A DNA stretch of 64,000 nt from Candidatus Kaiserbacteria bacterium (GTDB taxonomy: Bacteria > Patescibacteriota > Minisyncoccia > Phycocordibacterales > Phycocordibacteraceae): positions 5,354-69,353 of the forward strand of contig DAIDIW010000001.1 in assembly GCA_027451665.1 (NCBI GenBank). Direction: 5' to 3'. A model generated the notes under the pieces. That model was given only the letters and a program-made list of their open reading frames with translations. It did not search any database and was not told the origin of the DNA. Positions 1-8,354 of this stretch are shown here, one piece after another (position 1 is the stretch's first letter; each line of letters starts with the position of its first letter). Position numbers and translations under genes: made by a program.

Positions 1-1003
1 GACTTGGATGAGCGCGATGGGGCGGATAAAGACGCCGCCGTTCTGCTTGAGCTTCTTCGCCTTCTTCTCGAGCTCGTCACGCTTCGATTTCACCGCGCCG
101 AGCATCGTGTGCCAGTCGCCGCTCCGGGCCGGGGCGACGAGGTGCATGTCGAGCTTTATCATGTCTTCCGCCTTGAGCTGACGTCCGGTCACTTTCGAGA
201 CGATGTTCATGCCGCGCTTCGGCGTCGCCGAGAGGCCGACGATGACGGAAGGATTGAGGCCGTCGAGCGTCGCTCGCGCGGTGTCCGTGTACATGGTGTG
301 GAACTCGTCGACGATGACGAGCGGCTCCTGCGTGCGGATGGTGTTGCCGAGGCTCGTCTTCACCTGCATCCGGTCGAAGAGGCTGTCCTCGGTGCGGTCG
401 AGGTTCGGTATGAGGGCGGCGAGCTCTTTGTGGAGGTCGTAGCGGCCTTCAGGTGGGAAGAAGTCAGTGTAGCCGCTATCCTCGAACATCTTGTTCGCGT
501 CGCCGCGGGTGGCCGACTGTATCATGAGCATCAAGACGACGAGGTTCTCGTCCACGTCCTGCTTGCGGAGCGCTTGGCCCTTCTCGATGATGAGCGTGCG
601 GTTGCCGCTCGCTTGGTCGAGGAGCTGGCGATAGGGGTGGCTCTTGTTCTGGAGGTTTTCGATGGTCTGGCGGTATATCTGGTCGCGGTGCGTTATCCAG
701 ACGACGAGGCCGGTCTTCTTCTTGGCGAAGAGGTTCTGGTATGCACGGATGGTCTCGATGGCGATGAGCGTCTTGCCGCCGCCGGTCGGCATCTGGATGC
801 AGACGCGCGGGTACGGCTTGCCCGCGCCGGTCTTCGTACGGTCGGCATAGTGGGCATACTTGCCGGTGAGCGCGAGGTCGATGTAGCTGCCGAGCGCGGC
901 CTTCAGGTCGGGGCTCGTCTCGTACTTCGTCCGCGCGGTGTCGAGGTCTTCGAAGAAGGTCTCGAGGTCGCGTACTACCAGCTTTTGATACTCCTTCAGC
1001 ATG
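1..1003 (-). CDS. res: Type III restriction endonuclease Res subunit, partial (helicase N-terminal part; C-terminus lies beyond window start)
   Basis: Hand translation of the minus strand from the ATG at 1003..1001 gives MLKEYQKLVVRDLETFFEDL...PRVCIQMPTGGGKTLIA (Walker A/helicase motif I), and later IVDEFH (DExH motif II). It lies immediately downstream of the mod gene (stop 1006), which is the usual mod-res order. The six-frame track shows only a spurious plus-strand ORF here because the true ORF has no stop inside the window. Confidence 0.8.
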
Positions 1004-1005
1004 GT

Positions 1006-2589
1006 CTAGGCGCTACGCTCGAAGAGGTTATAGGGGATGCTCACGAACTTGATGCCGTACTGGTCGAGCGCCTCGTCGTCGAGGTAGCAGGCGGGTGCAT
1101 AGACGATTTTCTTGCCGCTGTCCTTCTCGTGGGTCTTCTGCGCCCAGTCGAGTGTGATGGCGAGCTTCTTGAGGGCGTCCCGGTCTTGGGTGTACAGGAG
1201 GTAGATGGTCGCGTTGTCGCCCTTGCCGACGAGCGAGGTCTTCTCGTTGATTTTCGCCTCGTCAGGATGGTTCTTGCCGGTGGCGAGGTAGTAGACGTAC
1301 TTGGCGAACTCTTTGAACGTCGGGAGCTTCTTGCCTTCGAGGAGCGTCTCGGCGTCGATGGCCGGGCCGAGGGCGTAGTACGTGAAGCCGGCGTCGTATC
1401 CGTATTTCTTCGATGCACGGCGTACGCGCTCGGCGGTGGTTTTGTTCGCATATCCCTCCATCTCGACGAGGATGAACTTTCGGTGGCCTTCGTCCTCTTT
1501 GTTGAGGTCGAGAACGGCGTGTGCGGTCGTCCCGGAGCCGGCAAAACTATCAAGGACTATGTCTTTGGGGTCGGTAGATATTTGAATGAGGTTTTTCAGC
1601 AGATTTACCGGCTTGGGGTAATCGAAAACTCGTGTCCCGCCAAACAACTCTTCAAGTTCTCGGCCAGCGCTTTTTGCGGTTCCAAATCCTTCCAATACGG
1701 ACATTGGTGTTGTCTCGCCAAGTTCATCTATGAAGACCTTCAGCGAAGGGACGGCGTCGCCGCTTTTCCCGAAATATATTCGGTTATCTGCAATGAGTTC
1801 CTTTAGCTCTGCCTCAGTCATTCTCCACTGTCGGCTGTATCTTTTCCCCGAGGGAGTTGTGACCGTGTAGTAGTTTTTCCCGCCTACTTTTGACTTCTCT
1901 TCGGTCGTAGAGATTATTCCTTGCTTGTACGCACCTCTCGGGTCATTGTCAGGGTTCGTGTATTGGTTTTTGTAGTTTCGCTCCGACAGATACTTTGAGA
2001 AGCGAGTGAGTTCTTTATTTTTGTATCCGACCAAGACATATTCGTGTTCCGTTCGGAACCTGTGGGTCACCTTCAGCTTGCCACTATCCGGTTCTACTTT
2101 CTTCCAGACCATAGCCTCTACGTTTTCTTGGCCAGCAAATACCTCGTCCATCAAGCATCGCAAGTGGTGGAACTCATTGTCATCGACGCTAATAAAAATC
2201 ACGCCGTCGTCGGCCAACAGTTCGCGGAGGAGCTTGAGCCGTGGCGTCATCATGCAAAGCCACTTGTCGTGGCGAGTGAGGTCTTCACCCTCCTTGCCCA
2301 CCACCTTACCGACCCAGTCTTGTATCGTTGGGCTGTTTACGTTGTCGTTGTAGACCCAGCCCTCATTGCCGGTGTTGTAGGGAGGGTCGATGTAGATGCA
2401 CTTCACCTTGCCTTGGTACTGCGGCAAAAGCGCCTTTAGAGCGAGGAGATTATCACCTTCGATGATGAGGTTTTCGTCTTCGTTCTTACCCTTGAAGGAT
2501 TTGTCTTTGTCTTTCTCGAGCGTGTGATATGGCACCGAGAGGTGGTGGTTCCAGACGGCCGGCTTTCCCTTGAATTGTATCGTTGCCAT
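1006..2589 (-). CDS. mod: Type III R-M DNA methyltransferase Mod subunit (beta-class N6A/N4C MTase)
   Basis: 527 aa. Motif IV IYIDPPYNTG sits near the N-terminus and motif I DSFAGSGTTAHAV follows the variable region, the beta-class order typical of Type III Mod. Gene order is mod then res. The 5' two-thirds are ~48% GC and the 3' third is >60% GC. Confidence 0.85.
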   Translation of the reverse strand: MATIQFKGKPAVWNHHLSVPYHTLEKDKDKSFKGKNEDENLIIEGDNLLALKALLPQYQGKVKCIYIDPPYNTGNEGWVYNDNVNSPTIQDWVGKVVGKEGEDLTRHDKWLCMMTPRLKLLRELLADDGVIFISVDDNEFHHLRCLMDEVFAGQENVEAMVWKKVEPDSGKLKVTHRFRTEHEYVLVGYKNKELTRFSKYLSERNYKNQYTNPDNDPRGAYKQGIISTTEEKSKVGGKNYYTVTTPSGKRYSRQWRMTEAELKELIADNRIYFGKSGDAVPSLKVFIDELGETTPMSVLEGFGTAKSAGRELEELFGGTRVFDYPKPVNLLKNLIQISTDPKDIVLDSFAGSGTTAHAVLDLNKEDEGHRKFILVEMEGYANKTTAERVRRASKKYGYDAGFTYYALGPAIDAETLLEGKKLPTFKEFAKYVYYLATGKNHPDEAKINEKTSLVGKGDNATIYLLYTQDRDALKKLAITLDWAQKTHEKDSGKKIVYAPACYLDDEALDQYGIKFVSIPYNLFERSA

Positions 2590-2592
2590 ATC

Positions 2593-2787
2593 TTATTTTG
2601 TTTTAGCTTTACTCATAAATCGCTCGAACTCGGCGTGCTCGATGCGGTACTCCTTGCCGATTTTGTACGCCTTGAGCCGCTTCGCCTTGATGTAGCGGTA
2701 GATGGTCATGACGTTCACCGAGAGCAGCTCGGCGAGTTCCTGTGCGGTATAAAAGGCTTTTCGCTCGTCTTTGCTCATGTGTCTCAT
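2593..2787 (-). CDS. Excisionase-family / MerR-like helix-turn-helix DNA-binding protein, possible controller of the R-M operon
   Basis: 64 aa. YTAQELAELLSVNVMTIYRYIKAKRLKAYKIGKEYRIEHAEFERF matches the HTH_17 / excisionase-family DNA-binding pattern. Its stop lies 3 nt upstream of the mod start, consistent with co-transcription. Confidence 0.7.
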   Translation of the reverse strand: MRHMSKDERKAFYTAQELAELLSVNVMTIYRYIKAKRLKAYKIGKEYRIEHAEFERFMSKAKTK

Positions 2788-2829
2788 GCTACTTTACTTT
2801 TGTTGACACAGCAATGCGCGCCGTGTGTG

Positions 2830-3081
2830 CTAGTCGGTGCCCTTTTTGCTGCGGCTCTGTTTGCGTTTTTGCTTCTGCTCGTAATCCAGCCGCATGAGGA
2901 GGTCGAAGAGGCCGACGAGATTATGTGCGGCTTCCCACGCATCCGCATCGTTATATTCGACGCCGTACTCCTCCTTGATAATCCGCCGGAAGTCCTCGAC
3001 CGTTTCGCGCGATAAGTTCACCATGGCGAATGGGCCAGCTCGGTCTACTGCAGCGCGTGCGCGAGTATGGTCGTCTCCCAT
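2830..3081 (-). CDS. Hypothetical small protein (83 aa; possible alternative start at internal MVNLSRE)
   Basis: Open minus-strand ORF immediately upstream of the HTH gene. No recognisable motif. Overlaps the next gene by 37 nt. Confidence 0.35.
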   Translation of the reverse strand: MGDDHTRARAAVDRAGPFAMVNLSRETVEDFRRIIKEEYGVEYNDADAWEAAHNLVGLFDLLMRLDYEQKQKRKQSRSKKGTD

Positions 3082-3803
3082 AAGTTCGGGAGGACTTGAA
3101 GGCCAAGGACGGCCGGGTCTTGCTTCCAGTTGACCTTGTTGCCATCACTGGCTGGCAGGATGGTCTTGTATGCAAGGAAGTCGCTCGAGTTGCCGTACTG
3201 GTCTGTACCAGGCAGATACGCGGCCACGGAGGCGGTCTTTACGTCGAGACCGCTCGTGTAGACGGCGGCATAGACCTTGGCCATCTCGAGCTCGATGCCT
3301 TGCTTGGTCATGTTGCTGGTGAGGTTGCTGTCGGCGTTCATCTCGACGAAGACGCCCCAGCCGCCGTCGATTTGCGGCACGACGTCGACCGAGCGGAGAT
3401 ACGTCTCTTGGTTATTGGTGTTGCCCGAGAGCGTGTCGCTCACGAGCTGTTTGAGCTGAGCGTCCGGAGTGGGTGCTGCCGGCCTGGACGGAGCGGGCGT
3501 CGCAGCGACCGGTTTTGCTTCTGCTGGTGGCGTGATTGCAAGCACCTTGTTTTGAGCAACCGGTATCGTCGAGCTCGCTTGAGCGGCTGGCGACGAGCTG
3601 GTCGGTTTCTGAAGTTCCGGATTGCTTATGCCAACGCCGACGAATGCGGCAAGAGATATGAGCCCGAATGTGAGCGCGACCTTTTTGCGGGTCGGCTCAG
3701 GGCCAAAGAGCTTACTGAAAAGACGCGGGCGGATGAGGCCGGCGATGAGCGCCGTGAGCGCGAAGAGCAGAACGAAGGCCGAGAGGCCGGAGAGAATATG
3801 CAT
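3045..3803 (-). CDS. Hypothetical membrane-anchored protein (two N-terminal TM helices, Pro/Ala-rich linker, ~130 aa C-terminal domain)
   Basis: The ORF 3045..3905 probably starts at the internal MHILSGLSAFVLLFALTALIAGLI (position 3803). Hydrophobic segments are followed by a PAAP-rich linker. GC is host-like. Confidence 0.5.
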   Translation of the reverse strand: MHILSGLSAFVLLFALTALIAGLIRPRLFSKLFGPEPTRKKVALTFGLISLAAFVGVGISNPELQKPTSSSPAAQASSTIPVAQNKVLAITPPAEAKPVAATPAPSRPAAPTPDAQLKQLVSDTLSGNTNNQETYLRSVDVVPQIDGGWGVFVEMNADSNLTSNMTKQGIELEMAKVYAAVYTSGLDVKTASVAAYLPGTDQYGNSSDFLAYKTILPASDGNKVNWKQDPAVLGLQVLPNLWETTILAHALQ

Positions 3804-3896
3804 ATGTCCTTGGATGGGATTATTTCTAACGCGGGCAGGCAAAAAGCTCCCCGCCAGTCGATGGCTTTCGCCACCCATGCCAGTTTCCCGACATGA

Positions 3897-3941
3897 CCCA
3901 TCCAAGGCGCTCCTGACGAGGAGCTTCTTGCCTTGGATGGG
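3897..3941. promoter_or_regulatory. Nested palindrome (CCCATCCAAGGC-N21-GCCTTGGATGGG, with the inner hairpin GCTCCTgacgAGGAGC) in a divergent intergenic region; a third half-site copy CCTTGGATGGG lies at 3817-3827
   Basis: Perfect 12-bp inverted repeat read directly. It lies between the divergently oriented membrane-protein gene and the proteasome-like gene. Confidence 0.4.
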
Positions 3942-4081
3942 GCGGTTTGTTGACCATGCCGCGCGGCTAGCCGCTGGTTTAGGTCGCTGTGCGAGCGTGA
4001 GCTCGTGTCTCTATCGTATCGCGAGCGCGCCAGAAACGGAAGATGCTTTACTTTGTTTTACACGAGCTATAAAATGTTTGT

Positions 4082-4963
4082 ATGACTATTTGCATTGCTG
4101 CCCTATGCAATAGGGGTAAGGCCTGTGTCGTAGCGGCTGACCGTGAAATAACCGCTCAAGGTCTTTCACTCGAGTTCGAACACCGAGAGAGTAAAATGGA
4201 CGTGCTCACAAAAAGCTGCATGGTGATGAGTTCCGGGGATGCTCTACTTGCCGCCGAAGTGATTGCCCGCACACGAGCCCTTATCCCAACGGGGCAAAAT
4301 AACACCTCAATACTTTCTGTCGCCGAGAAGCTCCGCGACACTTTCATGACGATACATCTTGAGCGAGTGGAGGCCGTGCTCTTGAAACCGCGCGGGTTCT
4401 CTTTAACTGAGTTCAAAGAAAAAGGCGCTCAGCAATTGACGCCGCAGGCCTACCAGGAAGTGAGTAACCAGATTTTCAACTTCGGTATCAATGTCGTCGA
4501 GTTTTTGGTCGCAGGAATAGATAACGCAGGGGGCCACATCTTCAGGGTGCACTACAGTGGCATCGCCGGTGGAAGCTGGCTTGAGTGGTGCGACAAGTTC
4601 GGTCACCGCGAAATAGGCAGCGGCGCGCTTCATGCTTCAATCCTCCTTTCACTTGAAGGGCAATTCAGTGGTCTCGAGGTGAATGAAACGATTTATAATG
4701 TTTACTCTGCAAAGAAAAGCGCTGAGTTGGCCCCGGGAGTTGGCCCATCGACCGACCTCGCAATCATTACGTCCGAAGGTATCGTATTTGCTGACAAGCG
4801 ACTTTATGATGCGCTCGATAGTGCGCGGCTACAGACAAAGAAAAACCGACCGGACTTGAGCGGTGTCGATGTGGCACTGAAAAAGGAGCCAGCGGCTGAT
4901 GCGAATAAACCGACTGACAGCGGCGCGGTGAAAACCACCGCGGACGCAGCAGCGAGGAGTTAG
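4082..4963 (+). CDS. Proteasome/HslV-like Ntn-hydrolase family protein with ~90 aa low-complexity Lys/Ala/Asp-rich C-terminal tail (orphan; no partner ATPase in window)
   Basis: After Met1 the sequence is TICIAALCNRGKACVVAADREIT...K...GDALLAAEVIA. This follows the proteasome beta / HslV pattern: Thr1 nucleophile, a hydrophobic strand, then G..VVAAD (Asp17 equivalent) and Lys33 equivalent. GC is ~52%, lower than the surrounding genome. TATAAAAT lies 9 nt upstream of the ATG. Confidence 0.55.
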   Translation: MTICIAALCNRGKACVVAADREITAQGLSLEFEHRESKMDVLTKSCMVMSSGDALLAAEVIARTRALIPTGQNNTSILSVAEKLRDTFMTIHLERVEAVLLKPRGFSLTEFKEKGAQQLTPQAYQEVSNQIFNFGINVVEFLVAGIDNAGGHIFRVHYSGIAGGSWLEWCDKFGHREIGSGALHASILLSLEGQFSGLEVNETIYNVYSAKKSAELAPGVGPSTDLAIITSEGIVFADKRLYDALDSARLQTKKNRPDLSGVDVALKKEPAADANKPTDSGAVKTTADAAARS

Positions 4964-5025
4964 TCCTCACGACGCACACAAGAAAACTAAGAATACTTCT
5001 CGGCAAGTCGCTACCTAAAATAGGT

Positions 5026-5523
5026 CTATCCTTGTTTCCGGATTTTTACATCAAGCGCAGTCGAATACTGCTCCTGAAAATCCTTTTCACCAGCAGATTT
5101 TGTAGAGATAGTGTAAGTGTAGCGTCCAGTTTTCGTCACGAGCATATTCTCGAAATTGATGATGGCGCGCGCGCGAGTTTTATCCATGAAGCCAAAGGAT
5201 ACCGGGAACTCGTGAGAGACGAGCGTTTCGCCGGCGGGGTCAGTGATAGCTAGCCGCATAGTCACTTGAGCGTCCCTGTTCACTCCCGGCTCGCGTTCCG
5301 TTTGTACCACCATCGTGTATTTCGTGTTTACTTGCGTTTTTGCCGGGAAATCCATGGTCTCGATAGAGGTGGGCGGCTTGGTTGCATCAATGGGTGTAGT
5401 ACTCAGAGTGAGTTCCTCGAGTACGTTGAAAACGCTCACGGCATTCGTCTGCTGGTCTACCGAAGCGCTCTGACAAAGGAGCGCCCAGAGAACTTTTACT
5501 TTTGTGTCTGAATTCTTTTTCAT
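5026..5523 (-). CDS. Hypothetical small protein, possible secreted/lipoprotein (N-terminal KVKVLWALLCQSAS)
   Basis: 165 aa ORF at ~45% GC, convergent with the proteasome-like gene. Has a hydrophobic N-terminus. No recognised motif. Confidence 0.45.
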   Translation of the reverse strand: MKKNSDTKVKVLWALLCQSASVDQQTNAVSVFNVLEELTLSTTPIDATKPPTSIETMDFPAKTQVNTKYTMVVQTEREPGVNRDAQVTMRLAITDPAGETLVSHEFPVSFGFMDKTRARAIINFENMLVTKTGRYTYTISTKSAGEKDFQEQYSTALDVKIRKQG

Positions 5524-5533
5524 GGTGATTTGA

Positions 5534-5974
5534 TTATGCGCTCACTGGTGCTTCTAAATACTGCGGCTTCTCCGCAACTGAGTATCTTGAGTACCAAGAC
5601 GGACTTTCTTTTGGTGCCTCGACAACTGGGTTGTGTTTTTGCCCGATACAGAGCACAAAATGCGCCCCTCCGATTGCTGCAAAAGTATTTGCGGCGGCGT
5701 TCACTTCTCTTTCGACCATAAAAGCGAACTTCGGGTAAATTAGGGTGGTGCCCACCGCCTTAGCAACTCGCTCGAGAAACTCCACGCTCGGCTGCATCTC
5801 GCCACCCTCTGCGCGCGCGATGCTGGATTGGGTAGTCTCCATCGCTTTAGCAAGCTCCGACTGAGAGAAACCAGAGTAGAGCCGCGCTTCCGTTATGAGG
5901 TTGCTGAGCTCTCGCCGCAGGTTCGGCTTCGAAAGGTCGATTTTCTTCTCGCGAATGTAATCTCGGTAGTCCAT
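5534..5974 (-). CDS. higA: XRE-family HTH antitoxin (HigA-like)
   Basis: LITEARLYSGFSQSELAKAMETTQSSIARAEGGEMQPSVEFLERVAKAVG is a classic HTH_3 domain. It sits 5 nt downstream of the toxin gene, the toxin-first arrangement typical of HigBA. Confidence 0.75.
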   Translation of the reverse strand: MDYRDYIREKKIDLSKPNLRRELSNLITEARLYSGFSQSELAKAMETTQSSIARAEGGEMQPSVEFLERVAKAVGTTLIYPKFAFMVEREVNAAANTFAAIGGAHFVLCIGQKHNPVVEAPKESPSWYSRYSVAEKPQYLEAPVSA

Positions 5975-5978
5975 AGTG

Positions 5979-6398
5979 TTATTTAGTGGGTCCTCGTATT
6001 TCGTTGATTATTTCTCTTCGACGGCGTGCCAGCTTCAAGTACTTCTGCGGGAGTTTGTTTGTCTTCTTTCGAAAACCGCAGAGAACGTAGAAGATGGGCG
6101 ACGGAGCGTCGTATGACATGAAGCCAATAAAACGCACTTCCGCGCCGACACTGAGACGGAGCTCCATGAGCCCGTCACCGAGAGGCTTGAAATGATGCGA
6201 ACGTTTTGCTTGCTCGGGTGTCCAGCTGGTTATGACGCCTATTTTGTCGAAAACCGCTTCGTATACTGGGCGGTCTTTCTTCCAAAGCATCTCGAGAAGG
6301 TCGTCTTCGACATAGCAGGACCCTGCCGGGCTTACACAAAAGTCGACCCCCCATAGAGGAGGCAACTTCGCGCTAGTTCCAAAGGCCGTATAATCCAT
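5979..6398 (-). CDS. higB: RelE/ParE-superfamily toxin, Gp49/HigB-like (true start probably the internal Met at 6290, giving ~104 aa)
   Basis: C-terminal PLGDGLMELRLSVGAEVRFIGFMSYDAPSPIFYVLCGFRKKTNKLPQKYLKLARRRREI matches the phage Gp49 / HigB addiction-module killer pattern (..LyELRi..g.yRv.f......ivlL.gF.KKt.k.P..ei..A..r..). Confidence 0.7.
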   Translation of the reverse strand: MDYTAFGTSAKLPPLWGVDFCVSPAGSCYVEDDLLEMLWKKDRPVYEAVFDKIGVITSWTPEQAKRSHHFKPLGDGLMELRLSVGAEVRFIGFMSYDAPSPIFYVLCGFRKKTNKLPQKYLKLARRRREIINEIRGPTK

Positions 6399-6742
6399 GT
6401 TCCGAGTATAGCGGATACGCTATGGGTCGTCAACACCCCGCTGTGTACATAGGTTCTGTGGCGCACTTGGTGCGTTTGCGGTGACCCGGGTCTATATCGG
6501 CCTGCATCATCCAGTAGACGTACTTGGGAACATGGCATTCGCTCTCATCGGGGTGTCAGCCTGGTACGTGGCCCAGAAGAGGGTCATATCTTGGAAGTAC
6601 GCGAGAAATCCGGGAACGCTTCCCAGTAACCGACGGTCTGGAAATACGTTCTAACCTCGTTCAGCATTTGCCGCACTCTTGTGCACAAACGGTGCTGCGC
6701 GCTGCAGGTGGAGTGAGCAGCAGCTTGGTATGATTCGCACAT

Positions 6743-7216
6743 ATGCAGCGCGCGCCGTTCTTCGAGTGGGAAGGGTTCGAATACGAGCACAATCCGAAGA
6801 CTGCCGATTGGTATTGGGCGCTCGGGATACTTTCAGTCGCTGCCACGCTCGCAGCGCTGCTATTTGCCCAATATCTGCTGGCCGTACTCATCATCGTAGC
6901 CGCCACCTCAATCGCGCTCTACGCGACCCGCAAACCGCCGCTCCACCGCTTCGGGCTTGATGACAATGGACTCTACATCGGCGAAGAATTCCATCCTTTC
7001 GAGCGCATGACGAGCTTTTCGGTGCTCGAGGATATCGAAGGAGAACTTCCTCCTCTGCTCTCTATCCATACCGATCTCTGGTTCACACCACATCTCGAAA
7101 TCCCCCTCGAAGACGTCGACGCTGACGGCGTCTACGCGCACATGCTCACGCACGTTGAAGAAAAGGAGCATCGTCCCACGCTCGTACATCTTATCGAGGC
7201 GTGGCTAGGTTTCTGA
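6743..7216 (+). CDS. Membrane protein with bacterial PH-like (DUF304-type) architecture
   Basis: 157 aa with two TM helices (WYWALGILSVAATLAALLFAQYLLAVLIIVAATSIALY) followed by a soluble domain. Host-like GC. Confidence 0.5.
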   Translation: MQRAPFFEWEGFEYEHNPKTADWYWALGILSVAATLAALLFAQYLLAVLIIVAATSIALYATRKPPLHRFGLDDNGLYIGEEFHPFERMTSFSVLEDIEGELPPLLSIHTDLWFTPHLEIPLEDVDADGVYAHMLTHVEEKEHRPTLVHLIEAWLGF

Positions 7217-7297
7217 CGAGAGGCTTGGTTTTTCAGCGCTTTTCAGCTACAGTCTTGAGCGAGGAATCGTCCGCCCGAGCGGGCGATTCGACTCGCC

Positions 7298-7369
7298 GCC
7301 CTCGTCGTTCAATGGATAGGACGCATCCTTGCGGAGGATGTAATGTGGGTTCGATTCCTGCCGGGGGCA
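7298..7369 (+). tRNA. tRNA-Arg, anticodon read as GCG
   Basis: Manual cloverleaf: acceptor GCCCTCG/CGGGGGC, D-stem GTTC/GGAC, anticodon stem CATCC/GGATG with loop TTGCGGA, T-arm GTGGG-TTCGATT-CCTGC, discriminator A. CCA is not encoded. D and T arms are nearly identical to the tRNA-Arg(CCG) at 8355. Confidence 0.6.
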
Positions 7370-7448
7370 CCCCAATAGGGCTAACACAAGTGACCGAGCT
7401 GAGTTTGTTATGCGCCGCACAGACGAATGCGCACGGTATACTTTGCAT

Positions 7449-8057
7449 ATGAATCCACGTACGTCGGGCCTATTCATGGGACTCATCGTCCTCGCCATGT
7501 GCGCGACCGGTGCGATGACGTTCCCTCACCTTCCCGCCCTCATGGGCGGAGGGCCGCGCCTGTGGATGGTGCTGCCGCTTCCGCTCATCGCTGTCGCGCT
7601 CTGGGGGCTCTGGACGCTCTTGCCACGCATCGATCCGATCGCACCAGGATTCAAGGGTTTCCGCTATGCGTACGATTTCTTCTGGATACTCCTCCTCGCG
7701 GCCCTGGCGTTCGTCTACGCAACCATGCTCGGCGATCAGTTCGGCTGGACGCTCACGCCGACGGGCGTCGCTCTCCCGGGCGCAGGGATACTCCTCCTCG
7801 CGGTCGGCATCATACTGCCGCGCATCCGCAGGAACTGGTTCTTCGGTATACGAACACCTTGGACGCTCACGAGCGACGCGGTATGGGATCGGACGAACCG
7901 GCTCGGCGCCTGGCTCTTCGCGATCGCGGGCGTGGTGAGCCTCGTCGGCTCCATCGTGGCGCCGCACGCCGTCATCTGGTTCCTCCTCGTACCCGTCGTC
8001 GTGGCCGCGGTCGTGAGCGTCACGTATTCCTACGTCCTCTTCGCGCGCGCTCTTTAG
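7449..8057 (+). CDS. SdpI/YhfL-family membrane protein (DUF1648)
   Basis: Multi-TM protein containing RNWFFGIRTPWTLTSDAVWDRTNRLGAWLFAIAG, characteristic of the SdpI/YhfL family. Start taken at MNPRTSGLF after the tRNA. Confidence 0.6.
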   Translation: MNPRTSGLFMGLIVLAMCATGAMTFPHLPALMGGGPRLWMVLPLPLIAVALWGLWTLLPRIDPIAPGFKGFRYAYDFFWILLLAALAFVYATMLGDQFGWTLTPTGVALPGAGILLLAVGIILPRIRRNWFFGIRTPWTLTSDAVWDRTNRLGAWLFAIAGVVSLVGSIVAPHAVIWFLLVPVVVAAVVSVTYSYVLFARAL

Positions 8058-8325
8058 GCATGGAAGTAACCCTCGTTTCTCTGTCATCGGCCCTTCCTTG
8101 AGGGAGGTACTTGACGTACGTCCGTACGTCGATGGCGTTTGCGCGTTCCTTGCGTTTCGCGCCCAGCACCCGGACGCGAAATTTATTGTACGGAGCGGGC
8201 TCTTCTTCGATCTTCCAATGCATCCCAATCTCGTCCACGTCGACCGTATCAATCAGGTTCGCGAGTTCATCAAGAAACGCTGTCTCATTCCGTAAGGCCG
8301 CCGTAGTGCTGCGCAAGGCGCACAA
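8020..8325 (-). CDS. Hypothetical small protein (start uncertain)
   Basis: 101 aa ORF between the SdpI-like gene and tRNA-Arg(CCG). No motif recognised. Overlaps the SdpI gene's 3' end by 38 nt. Confidence 0.25.
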   Translation of the reverse strand: MCALRSTTAALRNETAFLDELANLIDTVDVDEIGMHWKIEEEPAPYNKFRVRVLGAKRKERANAIDVRTYVKYLPQGRADDRETRVTSMPKERARRGRRNT

Positions 8326-8354
8326 AGCGAGATTGGTGTAGTATCGGTGACACG

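Noticed and set aside
4-1806. 600-aa plus-strand ORF at the window start
   Set aside because: It is the antisense frame of the Type III res and mod genes. Its translation is low-complexity R/E/L/V/G-rich, typical of GC-driven phantom ORFs. The real genes are on the minus strand.
8020-8325. Small ORF between the SdpI-like gene and tRNA-Arg(CCG) as a defence or immunity partner
   Set aside because: No motif; start codon uncertain; overlaps the SdpI-like gene. Retained only as a low-confidence hypothetical CDS.
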